From Nemertoderma westbladi (Eukaryota; Animalia; Xenacoelomorpha), in contig JAUCBJ010002445.1 in NCBI GenBank assembly GCA_032718475.1, positions 1 to 44,993 of the forward strand: a stretch of DNA of 44,993 nucleotides. The letters run 5' to 3'. The translations under genes and the position numbers were made by a program. Shown one piece after another: positions 15,001 to 27,718 of the stretch (positions are counted from its first letter, which is position 1; the number at the start of each line of letters is the position of its first letter). Below the pieces are notes generated by a model. The model worked only from the letters and a program-made list of their open reading frames with translations, ran no database searches and was not told the DNA's origin.

Positions 15001-18000
15001 CACCACACGGGGTCCGACTCAGTGACTTACCTGTTAGATAAAGTACACCACCCGGGGTCCGACTCAGTGACTTACCTGTTAGATAAAGTACACCACTCGG
15101 GGTCCGACTCAGTGACTTACCTGTTAGATAAAGTACACCACCCGGGGTCCGACTTAGTGACTTACCTGTTACATAAAGTACACCACCCGGGGCCCGACTC
15201 AGTGACTTACCTGTTAGATAAAGTACACCACCCGGGGTCCGACTCAGTGACTTACATGTTACATAAAGTACACCACCCGGGGCCCGACTCAGTGACTTAC
15301 CTGTTAGATAAAGTACACCACCCGGTGCCCGACTCAGCGACTTACCTGTTAGATAAAGTACACCACCCGGGGCCCAACTCCGTGACTTACCTGTTAGATA
15401 AAGTACACCACCCGGGGCCCGACTCAGTGACTTACCTGTTAGATAAAGTACACCACCCGGGGTCCGACTCAGTGACTTACCTGTTAGATAAAGTACACCA
15501 CCCGGGGCCCGACTCAGTGACTTACCTGTTAGATAAAGTACACCATCCGGGGCCCGACTCAGAGACTTACCTGTTAGATAAAGTACACCACCCGGGGTCC
15601 GACTCAGTGACTTACCTGTTAGATAAAGTACACCACCCGGGGCCCGACTCAGTGACTTACCTGTTAGATAAAGTACACCACCCGGGGCCCGACTCAGTGA
15701 CTTACCTGTTAGATAAAGTACACCACCCGGGGCCCGACTCAGTGACTTACCTGTTAGATAAAGTACACCACCCGGGGTCCGACTCAGTGACTTATCTGTT
15801 AGATAAAGTACACCACCCGGGGCCCGACTCAGTGACTTACCTGTTACATAAAGTACACCACCCGGGGTCCGACTCAGTGACTTACCTGTTACATAAAGTA
15901 CACCACCCGGGGCCCGACTCAGTGACTTACCTGTTACATAAAGTACACCACCCGGGGCCCGACTCAGTGACTTACCTGTTAGATAAAGTACACCACCCGG
16001 GGTCCGACTCAGTGACTTACGTCTGTTAGATAAAGTACACCACCCAGGGCCCGACTCCGTGACTTACCTGTTACATAAAGTACACCACCCGGGGTCCGAC
16101 TCAGTGACTTACCTGTTAGATAAAGTACACCACCCGCGGCCCGACTCAGTGACTTACCTGTTAGATAGAGTACACCACCCGGGGTCCGACTCAGTGACTT
16201 ACCTGTTAGATAAAGTACACCACACGGGGCCCGACTCAGTGACTTACCTGTTAGATAAAGTACACCACTCGGGGTCCGACTCAGTGATTTACCTGTTAGA
16301 TAAAGTACACCACCCGGGGCCCGACTCAGTGACTTACCTGTTAGATAAAGTACACCACTCGGGGTCCGACTCAGTGATTTACCTGTTAGATAAAGTACAC
16401 CACCCGGGGCCCGACTCAGTGACTTACCTGTTAGATAAAGTACACCACTCGGGGTCCGACTCAGTGACTTACCTGTTAGATAAAGTACACCACCCGGGGC
16501 CCAACTCAGTGACTTACCTGTTAGATAAAGTACACCACCCGGGGCCCGAATCAGTGACTTACCTGTTAGATAAAGTACACCACCCGGGGCCCGACTCAGT
16601 GACTTACCTGTTAGATAAAGTACACCACCCGGGGTCCGACTCAGTGACTTACCTGTTAGATAAAGTACACCACCCGGGGCCCGACTCATTGACTTACCTG
16701 TTACATAAAGTACACCACCCGGGGCCCGACTCCGTGACTTACCTGTTACATAAATTACACCACCCGGGGCCCGACTCCGTGACTTACCTGTTATATAAAG
16801 TACACCACCCGGGGTCCGACTCATTGACTTACCTGTTAGATAAAGTACACCACCCGGGGTCCGACTCCGTGACTTACCTGTTAGATAAAGTACACCACCC
16901 GGGGCCCGACTCCGTGACTTACCTGTTAGATAAAGTACACCACCCGGGGCCCGACTCAGTGACTTACCTGTTAGATAAAGTACACCACCCGGGGCCCGAC
17001 TCAGTGACTTACCTGTTAGATAAAGTACACCACCCGGGGCCCAACTCAGTGACTTACCTGTTAGATAAAGTACACCACCCGGGGCCCGACTCAGTGACTT
17101 GTACCTGTTAGATAAAGTACACCACACGGGGTCCGACTCAGTGACTTACCTGTTAGATAAAGTACACCACACGGGGTCCGACTCAGTGACTTACCTGTTA
17201 GATAAAGCACACCACCCGGGGTCCGACTCCGTGACTTACCTGTTAGATAAAGTACACCACCCGGGGTCCGACTCAGTGACTTACCTGTTACATAAAGTAC
17301 ACCACCCGGGGCCCGACTTAGTGACTTACCTGTTAGATAAAGTACACCACCCGGAGCCCGACTCAGAGACTTACCTGTTAGATAAAGTACACCACACGGG
17401 GTCCGACTCAGTGACTTACCTGTTAGATAAAGTACACCACCCGGGGTCCGACTCAGTGACTTACCTGTTAGATAAAGTACACCACCCGGGGCCCGACTCC
17501 GTGACTTACCTGTTAGATAAAGTACACCACCCGCAACCGGGGCCCGACTCAGTGACTTACCTGTTAGATAAAGTACACCACACGGGGTCCGACTCAGTGA
17601 CTTACCTGTTAGATAAAGTACACCACCCGGGGTCCGACTCAGTGACTTACCTGTTAGATAAAGTACACCACTCGGGGTCCGACTCAGTGACTTACCTGTT
17701 AGATAAAGTACACCACCCGGGGCCCGACTCCGTGACTTACCTGTTAGATAAAGTACACCACACGGGGTCCGACTCAGTGACTTACCTGTTAGATAAAGTA
17801 CACCACCCGGGGTCCGACTCAGTGACTTACCTGTTAGATAAAGTACACCACTCGGGGTCCGACTCAGTGACTTACCTGTTAGATAAAGTACACCACCCGG
17901 GGTCCGACTTAGTGACTTACCTGTTACATAAAGTACACCACCCGGGGCCCGACTCAGTGACTTACCTGTTAGATAAAGTACACCACCCGGGGTCCGACTC

Positions 18001-21000
18001 AGTGACTTACATGTTACATAAAGTACACCACCCGGGGCCCGACTCAGTGACTTACCTGTTAGATAAAGTACACCACCCGGAGCCCGACTCAGCGACTTAC
18101 CTGTTAGATAAAGTACACCACCTGGGGCCCAACTCCGTGACTTACCTGTTAGATAAAGTACACCACCCGGGGCCCGACTCAGTGACTTACCTGTTAGATA
18201 AAGTACACCACCCGGGGTCCGACTCAGTGACTTACCTGTTAGATAAAGTACACCACCCGGGGCCCGACTCAGTGACTTACCTGTTAGATAAAGTACACCA
18301 CCCGGGGTCCGACTCAGTGACTTACCTGTTAGATAAAGTACACCACCCGGGGCCCGACTCAGTGACTTACCTGTTAGATAAAGTACACCATCCGGGGCCC
18401 GACTCAGAGACTTACCTGTTAGATAAAGTACACCACCCGGGGTCCGACTCAGTGACTTACCTGTTAGATAAAGTACACCACCCGGGGCCCGACTCAGTGA
18501 CTTACCTGTTAGATAAAGTACACCACCCGGGGCCCGACTCAGTGACTTACCTGTTAGATAAAGTACACCACCCGGGGCCCGACTCAGTGACTTACCTGTT
18601 AGATAAAGTACACCACCCGGGGTCCGACTCAGTGACTTATCTGTTAGATAAAGTACACCACCCGGGGCCCGACTCAGTGACTTACCTGTTACATAAAGTA
18701 CACCACCCGGGGTCCGACTCAGTGACTTACCTGTTACATAAAGTACACCACCCGGGGCCCGACTCAGTGACTTACCTGTTACATAAAGTACACCACCCGG
18801 GGCCCGACTCAGTGACTTACCTGTTAGATAAAGTACACCACCCGGGGTCCGACTCAGTGACTTACGTCTGTTAGATAAAGTACACCACCCAGGGCCCGAC
18901 TCCGTGACTTACCTGTTACATAAAGTACACCACCCGGGGTCCGACTCAGTGACTTACCTGTTAGATAAAGTACACCACCCGCGGCCCGACTCAGTGACTT
19001 ACCTGTTAGATAGAGTACACCACCCGGGGTCCGACTCAGTGACTTACCTGTTAGATAAAGTACACCACACGGGGCCCGACTCAGTGACTTACCTGTTAGA
19101 TAAAGTACACCACTCAGGGTCCGACTCAGTGATTTACCTGTTAGATAGAGTACACCACCCGGGGTCCGACTCAGTGACTTACCTGTTACATAAAGTACAC
19201 CACCCGGGGTCCGACTCAGTGACTTACCTGTTAGATAAAGTACACCACCCGCGGCCCGACTCAGTGACTTACCTGTTAGATAGAGTACACCACCCGGGGT
19301 CCGACTCAGTGACTTACCTGTTAGATAAAGTACACCACACGGGGCCCGACTCAGTGACTTACCTGTTAGATAAAGTACACCACTCGGGGTCCGACTCAGT
19401 GATTTACCTGTTAGATAAAGTACACCACCCGGGGCCCGACTCAGTGACTTACCTGTTAGATAAAGTACACCACTCGGGGTCCGACTCAGTGATTTACCTG
19501 TTAGATAAAGTACACCACCCGGGGCCCGACTCAGTGACTTACCTGTTAGATAAAGTACACCACTCGGGGTCCGACTCAGTGATTTACCTGTTAGATAAAG
19601 TACACCACCCGGGGCCCGACTCAGTGACTTACCTGTTAGATAAAGTACACCACCCGGGGCCCAACTCAGTGACTTACCTGTTAGATAAAGTACACCACCC
19701 GGGGCCCGAATCAGTGACTTACCTGTTAGATAAAGTACACCACCCGGGGCCCGACTCAGTGACTTACCTGTTAGATAAAGTACACCACCCGGGGTCCGAC
19801 TCAGTGACTTACCTGTTAGATAAAGTACACCACCCGGGGCCCGACTCATTGACTTACCTGTTACATAAAGTACACCACCCGGGGCCCGACTCCGTGACTT
19901 ACCTGTTACATAAATTACACCACCCGGGGCCCGACTCCGTGACTTACCTGTTATATAAAGTACACCACCCGGGGTCCGACTCATTGACTTACCTGTTAGA
20001 TAAAGTACACCACCCGGGGTCCGACTCCGTGACTTACCTGTTAGATAAAGTACACCACCCGGGGCCCGACTCCGTGACTTACCTGTTAGATAAAGTACAC
20101 CACCCGGGGCCCGACTCAGTGACTTACCTGTTAGATAAAGTACACCACCCGGGGCCCGACTCAGTGACTTACCTGTTAGATAAAGTACACCACCCGGGGC
20201 CCAACTCAGTGACTTACCTGTTAGATAAAGTACACCACCCGGGGCCCGACTCAGTGACTTGTACCTGTTAGATAAAGTACACCACACGGGGTCCGACTCA
20301 GTGACTTACCTGTTAGATAAAGTACACCACACGGGGTCCGACTCAGTGACTTACCTGTTAGATAAAGCACACCACCCGGGGTCCGACTCCGTGACTTACC
20401 TGTTAGATAAAGTACACCACCCGGAGCCCGACTCAGAGACTTACCTGTTAGATAAAGTACACCACACGGGGTCCGACTCAGTGACTTACCTGTTAGATAA
20501 AGTACACCACCCGGGGTCCGACTCAGTGACTTACCTGTTAGATAAAGTACACCACCCGGGGCCCGACTCCGTGACTTACCTGTTAGATAAAGTACACCAC
20601 CCGCAACCGGGGCCCGACTCAGTGACTTACCTGTTAGATAAAGTACACCACACGGGGTCCGACTCAGTGACTTACCTGTTAGATAAAGTACACCACCCGG
20701 GGTCCGACTCAGTGACTTACCTGTTAGATAAAGTACACCACTCGGGGTCCGACTCAGTGACTTACCTGTTAGATAAAGTACACCACCCGGGGCCCGACTC
20801 CGTGACTTACCTGTTAGATAAAGTACACCACACGGGGTCCGACTCAGTGACTTACCTGTTAGATAAAGTACACCACCCGGGGTCCGACTCAGTGACTTAC
20901 CTGTTAGATAAAGTACACCACTCGGGGTCCGACTCAGTGACTTACCTGTTAGATAAAGTACACCACCCGGGGTCCGACTTAGTGACTTACCTGTTACATA

Positions 21001-24000
21001 AAGTACACCACCCGGGGCCCGACTCAGTGACTTACCTGTTAGATAAAGTACACCACCCGGGGTCCGACTCAGTGACTTACATGTTACATAAAGTACACCA
21101 CCCGGGGCCCGACTCAGTGACTTACCTGTTAGATAAAGTACACCACCCGGAGCCCGACTCAGCGACTTACCTGTTAGATAAAGTACACCACCTGGGGCCC
21201 AACTCCGTGACTTACCTGTTAGATAAAGTACACCACCCGGGGCCCGACTCAGTGACTTACCTGTTAGATAAAGTACACCACCCGGGGTCCGACTCAGTGA
21301 CTTACCTGTTAGATAAAGTACACCACCCGGGGCCCGACTCAGTGACTTACCTGTTAGATAAAGTACACCATCCGGGGCCCGACTCAGAGACTTACCTGTT
21401 AGATAAAGTACACCACCCGGGGTCCGACTCAGTGACTTACCTGTTAGATAAAGTACACCACCCGGGGCCCGACTCAGTGACTTACCTGTTAGATAAAGTA
21501 CACCACCCGGGGCCCGACTCAGTGACTTACCTGTTAGATAAAGTACACCACCCGGGGCCCGACTCAGTGACTTACCTGTTAGATAAAGTACACCACCCGG
21601 GGTCCGACTCAGTGACTTATCTGTTAGATAAAGTACACCACCCGGGGCCCGACTCAGTGACTTACCTGTTACATAAAGTACACCACCCGGGGTCCGACTC
21701 AGTGACTTACCTGTTACATAAAGTACACCACCCGGGGCCCGACTCAGTGACTTACCTGTTACATAAAGTACACCACCCGGGGCCCGACTCAGTGACTTAC
21801 CTGTTAGATAAAGTACACCACCCGGGGTCCGACTCAGTGACTTACGTCTGTTAGATAAAGTACACCACCCAGGGCCCGACTCCTTGACTTACCTGTTACA
21901 TAAAGTACACCACCCGGGGTCCGACTCAGTGACTTACCTGTTAGATAAAGTACACCACCCGCGGCCCGACTCAGTGACTTACCTGTTAGATAGAGTACAC
22001 CACCCGGGGTCCGACTCAGTGACTTACCTGTTAGATAAAGTACACCACACGGGGCCCGACTCAGTGACTTACCTGTTAGATAAAGCACAACACTCGGGGT
22101 CCGACTCAGTGATTTACCTGTTAGATAAAGTACACCACCCGGGGCCCGACTCAGTGACTTACCTGTTAGATAAAGTACACCACTCGGGGTCCGACTCAGT
22201 GATTTACCTGTTAGATAAAGTACACCACCCGGGGCCCGACTCAGTGATTTACCTGTTAGATAAAGTACACCACCCGGGGCCCGACTCAGTGACTTACCTG
22301 TTAGATAAAGTACACCACTCGGGGTCCGACTCAGTGATTTACCTGTTAGATAAAGTACACCACCCGGGGCCCGACTCAGTGACTTACCTGTTAGATAAAG
22401 TACACCACTCGGGGTCCGACTCAGTGATTTACCTGTTAGATAAAGTACACCACCCGGGGCCCGACTCAGTGACTTACCTGTTAGATAAAGTACACCACCC
22501 GGGGCCCAACTCAGTGACTTACCTGTTAGATAAAGTACACCACCCGGGGCCCGAATCAGTGACTTACCTGTTAGATAAAGTACACCACCCGGGGCCCGAC
22601 TCAGTGACTTACCTGTTAGATAAAGTACACCACCCGGGGTCCGACTCAGTGACTTACCTGTTAGATAAAGTACACCACCCGGGGCCCGACTCATTGACTT
22701 ACCTGTTACATAAAGTACACCACCCGGGGCCCGACTCCGTGACTTACCTGTTACATAAATTACACCACCCGGGGCCCGACTCCGTGACTTACCTGTTATA
22801 TAAAGTACACCACCCGGGGTCCGACTCATTGACTTACCTGTTAGATAAAGTACACCACCCGGGGTCCGACTCCGTGACTTACCTGTTAGATAAAGTACAC
22901 CACCCGGGGCCCGACTCCGTGACTTACCTGTTAGATAAAGTACACCACCCGGAGCCCGACTCAGTGACTTACCAGTTAGATAAAGTACACCACCCGGGGC
23001 CCGACTCAGTGACTTACCTGTTAGATAAAGTACACCACCCGGGGCCCAACTCAGTGACTTACCTGTTAGATAAAGTACACCACCCGGGGCCCGACTCAGT
23101 GACTTGTACCTGTTAGATAAAGTACACCACACGGGGTCCGACTCAGTGACTTACCTGTTAGATAAAGTACACCACACGGGGTCCGACTCAGTGACTTACC
23201 TGTTAGATAAAGCACACCACCCGGGGTCCGACTCCGTGACTTACCTGTTAGATAAAGTACACCACCCGGGGTCCGACTCAGTGACTTACCTGTTACATAA
23301 ACTACACCACCCGGGGCCCGACTTAGTGACTTACCTGTTAGATAAAGTACACCACCCGGAGCCCGACTCAGAGACTTACCTGTTAGATAAAGTACACCAC
23401 ACGGGGTCCGACTCAGTGACTTACCTGTTAGATAAAGTACACCACCCGGGGTCCGACTCAGTGACTTACCTGTTAGATAAAGTACACCACCCGGGGCCCG
23501 ACTCCGTGACTTACCTGTTAGATAAAGTACACCACCCGCAACCGGGGCCCGACTCAGTGACTTACCTGTTAGATAAAGTACACCACACGGGGTCCGACTC
23601 AGTGACTTACCTGTTAGATAAAGTACACCACCCGGGGTCCGACTCAGTGACTTACCTGTTAGATAAAGTACACCACTCGGGGTCCGACTCAGTGACTTAC
23701 CTGTTAGATAAAGTACACCACCCGGGGCCCGACTCCGTGACTTACCTGTTAGATAAAGTACACCACACGGGGTCCGACTCAGTGACTTACCTGTTAGATA
23801 AAGTACACCACCCGGGGTCCGACTCAGTGACTTACCTGTTAGATAAAGTACACCACTCGGGGTCCGACTCAGTGACTTACCTGTTAGATAAAGTACACCA
23901 CCCGGGGTCCGACTTAGTGACTTACCTGTTACATAAAGTACACCACCCGGGGCCCGACTCAGTGACTTACCTGTTAGATAAAGTACACCACCCGGGGTCC

Positions 24001-26715
24001 GACTCAGTGACTTACATGTTACATAAAGTACACCACCCGGGGCCCGACTCAGTGACTTACCTGTTAGATAAAGTACACCACCCGGAGCCCGACTCAGCGA
24101 CTTACCTGTTAGATAAAGTACACCACCTGGGGCCCAACTCCGTGACTTACCTGTTAGATAAAGTACACCACCCGGGGCCCGACTCAGTGACTTACCTGTT
24201 AGATAAAGTACACCACCCGGGGTCCGACTCAGTGACTTACCTGTTAGATAAAGTACACCACCCGGGGCCCGACTCAGTGACTTACCTGTTAGATAAAGTA
24301 CACCATCCGGGGCCCGACTCAGAGACTTACCTGTTAGATAAAGTACACCACCCGGGGTCCGACTCAGTGACTTACCTGTTAGATAAAGTACACCACCCGG
24401 GGCCCGACTCAGTGACTTACCTGTTAGATAAAGTACACCACCCGGGGCCCGACTCAGTGACTTACCTGTTAGATAAAGTACACCACCCGGGGCCCGACTC
24501 AGTGACTTACCTGTTAGATAAAGTACACCACCCGGGGTCCGACTCAGTGACTTATCTGTTAGATAAAGTACACCACCCGGGGCCCGACTCAGTGACTTAC
24601 CTGTTACATAAAGTACACCACCCGGGGTCCGACTCAGTGACTTACCTGTTACATAAAGTACACCACCCGGGGCCCGACTCAGTGACTTACCTGTTACATA
24701 AAGTACACCACCCGGGGCCCGACTCAGTGACTTACCTGTTAGATAAAGTACACCACCCGGGGTCCGACTCAGTGACTTACGTCTGTTAGATAAAGTACAC
24801 CACCCAGGGCCCGACTCCGTGACTTACCTGTTACATAAAGTACACCACCCGGGGTCCGACTCAGTGACTTACCTGTTAGATAAAGTACACCACCCGCGGC
24901 CCGACTCAGTGACTTACCTGTTAGATAGAGTACACCACCCGGGGTCCGACTCAGTGACTTACCTGTTAGATAAAGTACACCACACGGGGCCCGACTCAGT
25001 GACTTACCTGTTAGATAAAGCACACCACTCGGGGTCCGACTCAGTGATTTACCTGTTAGATAAAGTACACCACCCGGGGCCCGACTCAGTGACTTACCTG
25101 TTAGATAAAGTACACCACTCGGGGTCCGACTCAGTGATTTACCTGTTAGATAAAGTACACCACCCGGGGCCCGACTCAGTGACTTACCTGTTAGATAAAG
25201 TACACCACTCGGGGTCCGACTCAGTGACTTACCTGTTAGATAAAGTACACCACCCGGGGCCCGACTCAGTGACTTACCTGTTAGATAAAGTACACCACCC
25301 GGGGCCCAACTCAGTGACTTACCTGTTAGATAAAGTACACCACCCGGGGCCCGACTCAGTGACTTACCTGTTAGATAAAGTACACCACTCGGGGTCCGAC
25401 TCAGTGATTTACCTGTTAGATAAAGTACACCACCCGGGGCCCGACTCAGTGACTTACCTGTTAGATAAAGTACACCACTCGGGGTCCGACTCAGTGATTT
25501 ACCTGTTAGATAAAGTACACCACCCGGGGCCCGACTCAGTGACTTACCTGTTAGATAAAGTACACCACCCGGGGCCCAACTCAGTGACTTACCTGTTAGA
25601 TAAAGTACACCACCCGGGGCCCGAATCAGTGACTTACCTGTTAGATAAAGTACACCACCCGGGGCCCGACTCAGTGACTTACCTGTTAGATAAAGTACAC
25701 CACCCGGGGTCCGACTCAGTGACTTACCTGTTAGATAAAGTACACCACCCGGGGCCCGACTCATTGACTTACCTGTTACATAAAGTACACCACCCGGGGC
25801 CCGACTCCGTGACTTACCTGTTACATAAATTACACCACCCGGGGCCCGACTCCGTGACTTACCTGTTATATAAAGTACACCACCCGGGGTCCGACTCATT
25901 GACTTACCTGTTAGATAAAGTACACCACCCGGGGTCCGACTCCGTGACTTACCTGTTAGATAAAGTACACCACCCGGGGCCCGACTCCGTGACTTACCTG
26001 TTAGATAAAGTACACCACCCGGGGCCCGACTCAGTGACTTACCTGTTAGATAAAGTACACCACCCGGGGCCCGACTCAGTGACTTACCTGTTAGATAAAG
26101 TACACCACCCGGGGCCCAACTCAGTGACTTACCTGTTAGATAAAGTACACCACCCGGGGCCCGACTCAGTGACTTGTACCTGTTAGATAAAGTACACCAC
26201 ACGGGGTCCGACTCAGTGACTTACCTGTTGGATAAAGTACACCACACGGGGTCCGACTCAGTGACTTACCTGTTAGATAAAGCACACCACCCGGGGTCCG
26301 ACTCCGTGACTTACCTGTTAGATAAAGTACACCACCCGGGGTCCGACTCAGTGACTTACCTGTTAGATAAAGCACACCACCCGGGGTCCGACTCCGTGAC
26401 TTACCTGTTAGATAAAGTACACCACCCGGGGTCCGACTCAGTGACTTACCTGTTACATAAAGTACACCACCCGGGGCCCGACTCAGTGACTTACCTGTTA
26501 GATAAAGTACACCACCCGGGGCCCGACTCAGCGACTTACCTGTTAGATAAAGTACACCACCCGGGGCCCGACTTAGTGACTTACCTGTTAGATAAAGTAC
26601 ACCACCCGGAGCCCGACTCAGACTTACCTGTTAGATAAAGTACACCACCCGGGGCCCGACTCCGTGACTTACCTGTTAGATAAAGTACACCACCCGCAAC
26701 CGGGGCCCGACTCAG
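1..26715. repeat. 45-bp tandem satellite, ~590 copies, derived from the exon 4/intron 4 junction; truncated by the window start
   Basis: Unit GACTTACCTGTTA(C/G)ATAAAGTACACCAC(C/T)CGGGG(C/T)CCGACTCAGT. The reverse complement equals the last ~43 nt of exon 4 minus 6 nt, plus the start of the intron (GTAAGTCA). Confidence 0.99.
8331..26715. repeat. Higher-order repeat (~2.1-3.2 kb period) within the 45-bp satellite
   Basis: Diagnostic rare variants recur in the same order. CTTACGTCTG at ~8331, 10460, 13440, 16019, 18864, 21844, 24779. CTTGTACCTG at ~11585, 17099, 20259, 23104, 26174. 51-bp units also recur periodically. Confidence 0.92.
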
Positions 26716-26779
26716 ACAAACACCTGCCGCAACTACCATCGTAATCGCCAACACAGTTAACCACCTTCAGTTTATTGAC
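26673..26779 (-). CDS. Plexin-like receptor, coding exon 4 (107 nt, PSI domain N-terminal part)
   Basis: Acceptor ttttatttcattcag|GTC and donor CAG|gtaagt, phase 0-2: VNKLKVVNCVGDYDGSCGRCLSESGPGCGWCTLSN(R). It carries the PSI signature C..Y..SC..CL.....CGWC. Confidence 0.9.
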
Positions 26780-27718
26780 CTGAATGAAATAAAATATGAA
26801 TCTCGATAAAAAGATAAACGATAGCAAACAGTGAGCTTAACAGGCAGTAAAACGGCTATGACTGTCAAACATTGTAACTTCATTACCGTAAAAGGGTAAA
26901 TCGACTTCCCCCCAATTGCATTAATTACAGCTCTGACAAGCATTGAAATCGCCGGAATACTGTGTTACTCGAGCCATGCATGGCTAAAAGTCGATCAGCT
27001 AACGAGAGATTGGGCCTTCATTTGGATAAAGTGTCGGGATGTCATGGAATGGAGATCCCGGATTCCAATGCGGCATTGTTAGTCGGGATTTAATTCGGCG
27101 TAGAAGATACGCTTTAGCTAACAGTTGATATCGGGATGGCGGCGTAACGAGAATAGGTCCACACCTTGGCCACAATGTTCCAGACGTAAACGCCGGGTAA
27201 CTACGTCGGCTTCCATTACTTGGGGAGTCGGTTGTTTGTTTGAACGTAGAGTAGAGAGGAAACCCCTTATCCAGGCACCGTGTAGTCCGCTAATTATCAG
27301 CGGCTGATAGCAACTCCCTTTGTACCGTTATAATGTGTATCAACTTGCCCGTAAACTTGGCTCCATATTTTATTAATGCCAATATTAATAGTCTCGATAT
27401 ATTTAGACAAATATAATGTAGTATTCTCATCTCTCTATGCAAATTAAGAATGAATGGACTGTGAGTCAGTAATTATCAGTAATCGAGTTTACTTTTATGT
27501 CGATGGGTATATACAAACATTCCATTCTTCAGCCAGTCCAGGTACGCGGAAAAGAAACAAGGAATATCTTTTTTTTTGCGCATACACAGTTGTCTACACA
27601 ATCGTTTATTATTATTAATATAGTTATTATCCTGACATGGAGAAATATAAACCAAATTAATAAACACTAAATTATTAGCTGTAACCGGGATTGAAATATA
27701 ACTAAAATTATTATTATG

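Noticed and set aside
44-26638. Giant TYLLHKVHHPGPDSV-repeat ORFs (+) and GGVLYLTGKSLSRAP ORFs (-)
   Set aside because: These are stop-free frames of a 45-bp unit, mostly with non-ATG starts, broken by 2-bp indels. The biologically meaningful frame is the third minus frame (ESGPGWCTLSNR*), which matches the PSI exon.
1-26672. Array of alternative coding exons (Dscam-like) or tandem protein repeats
   Set aside because: Units contain only the exon 3' end and have an in-frame TAA in the donor, so they cannot add PSI repeats by read-through.
1-26715. CRISPR-like or information-encoding array
   Set aside because: Units are contiguous with no unique spacers, there are no cas genes and the context is eukaryotic. 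The variant patterns fit ordinary satellite turnover.
26880-27330. GC-richer patch in intron 3, possible transposon remnant or extra exon
   Set aside because: No convincing termini or protein motif, and exons 3 and 4 already join in frame with continuous Sema-PSI homology.
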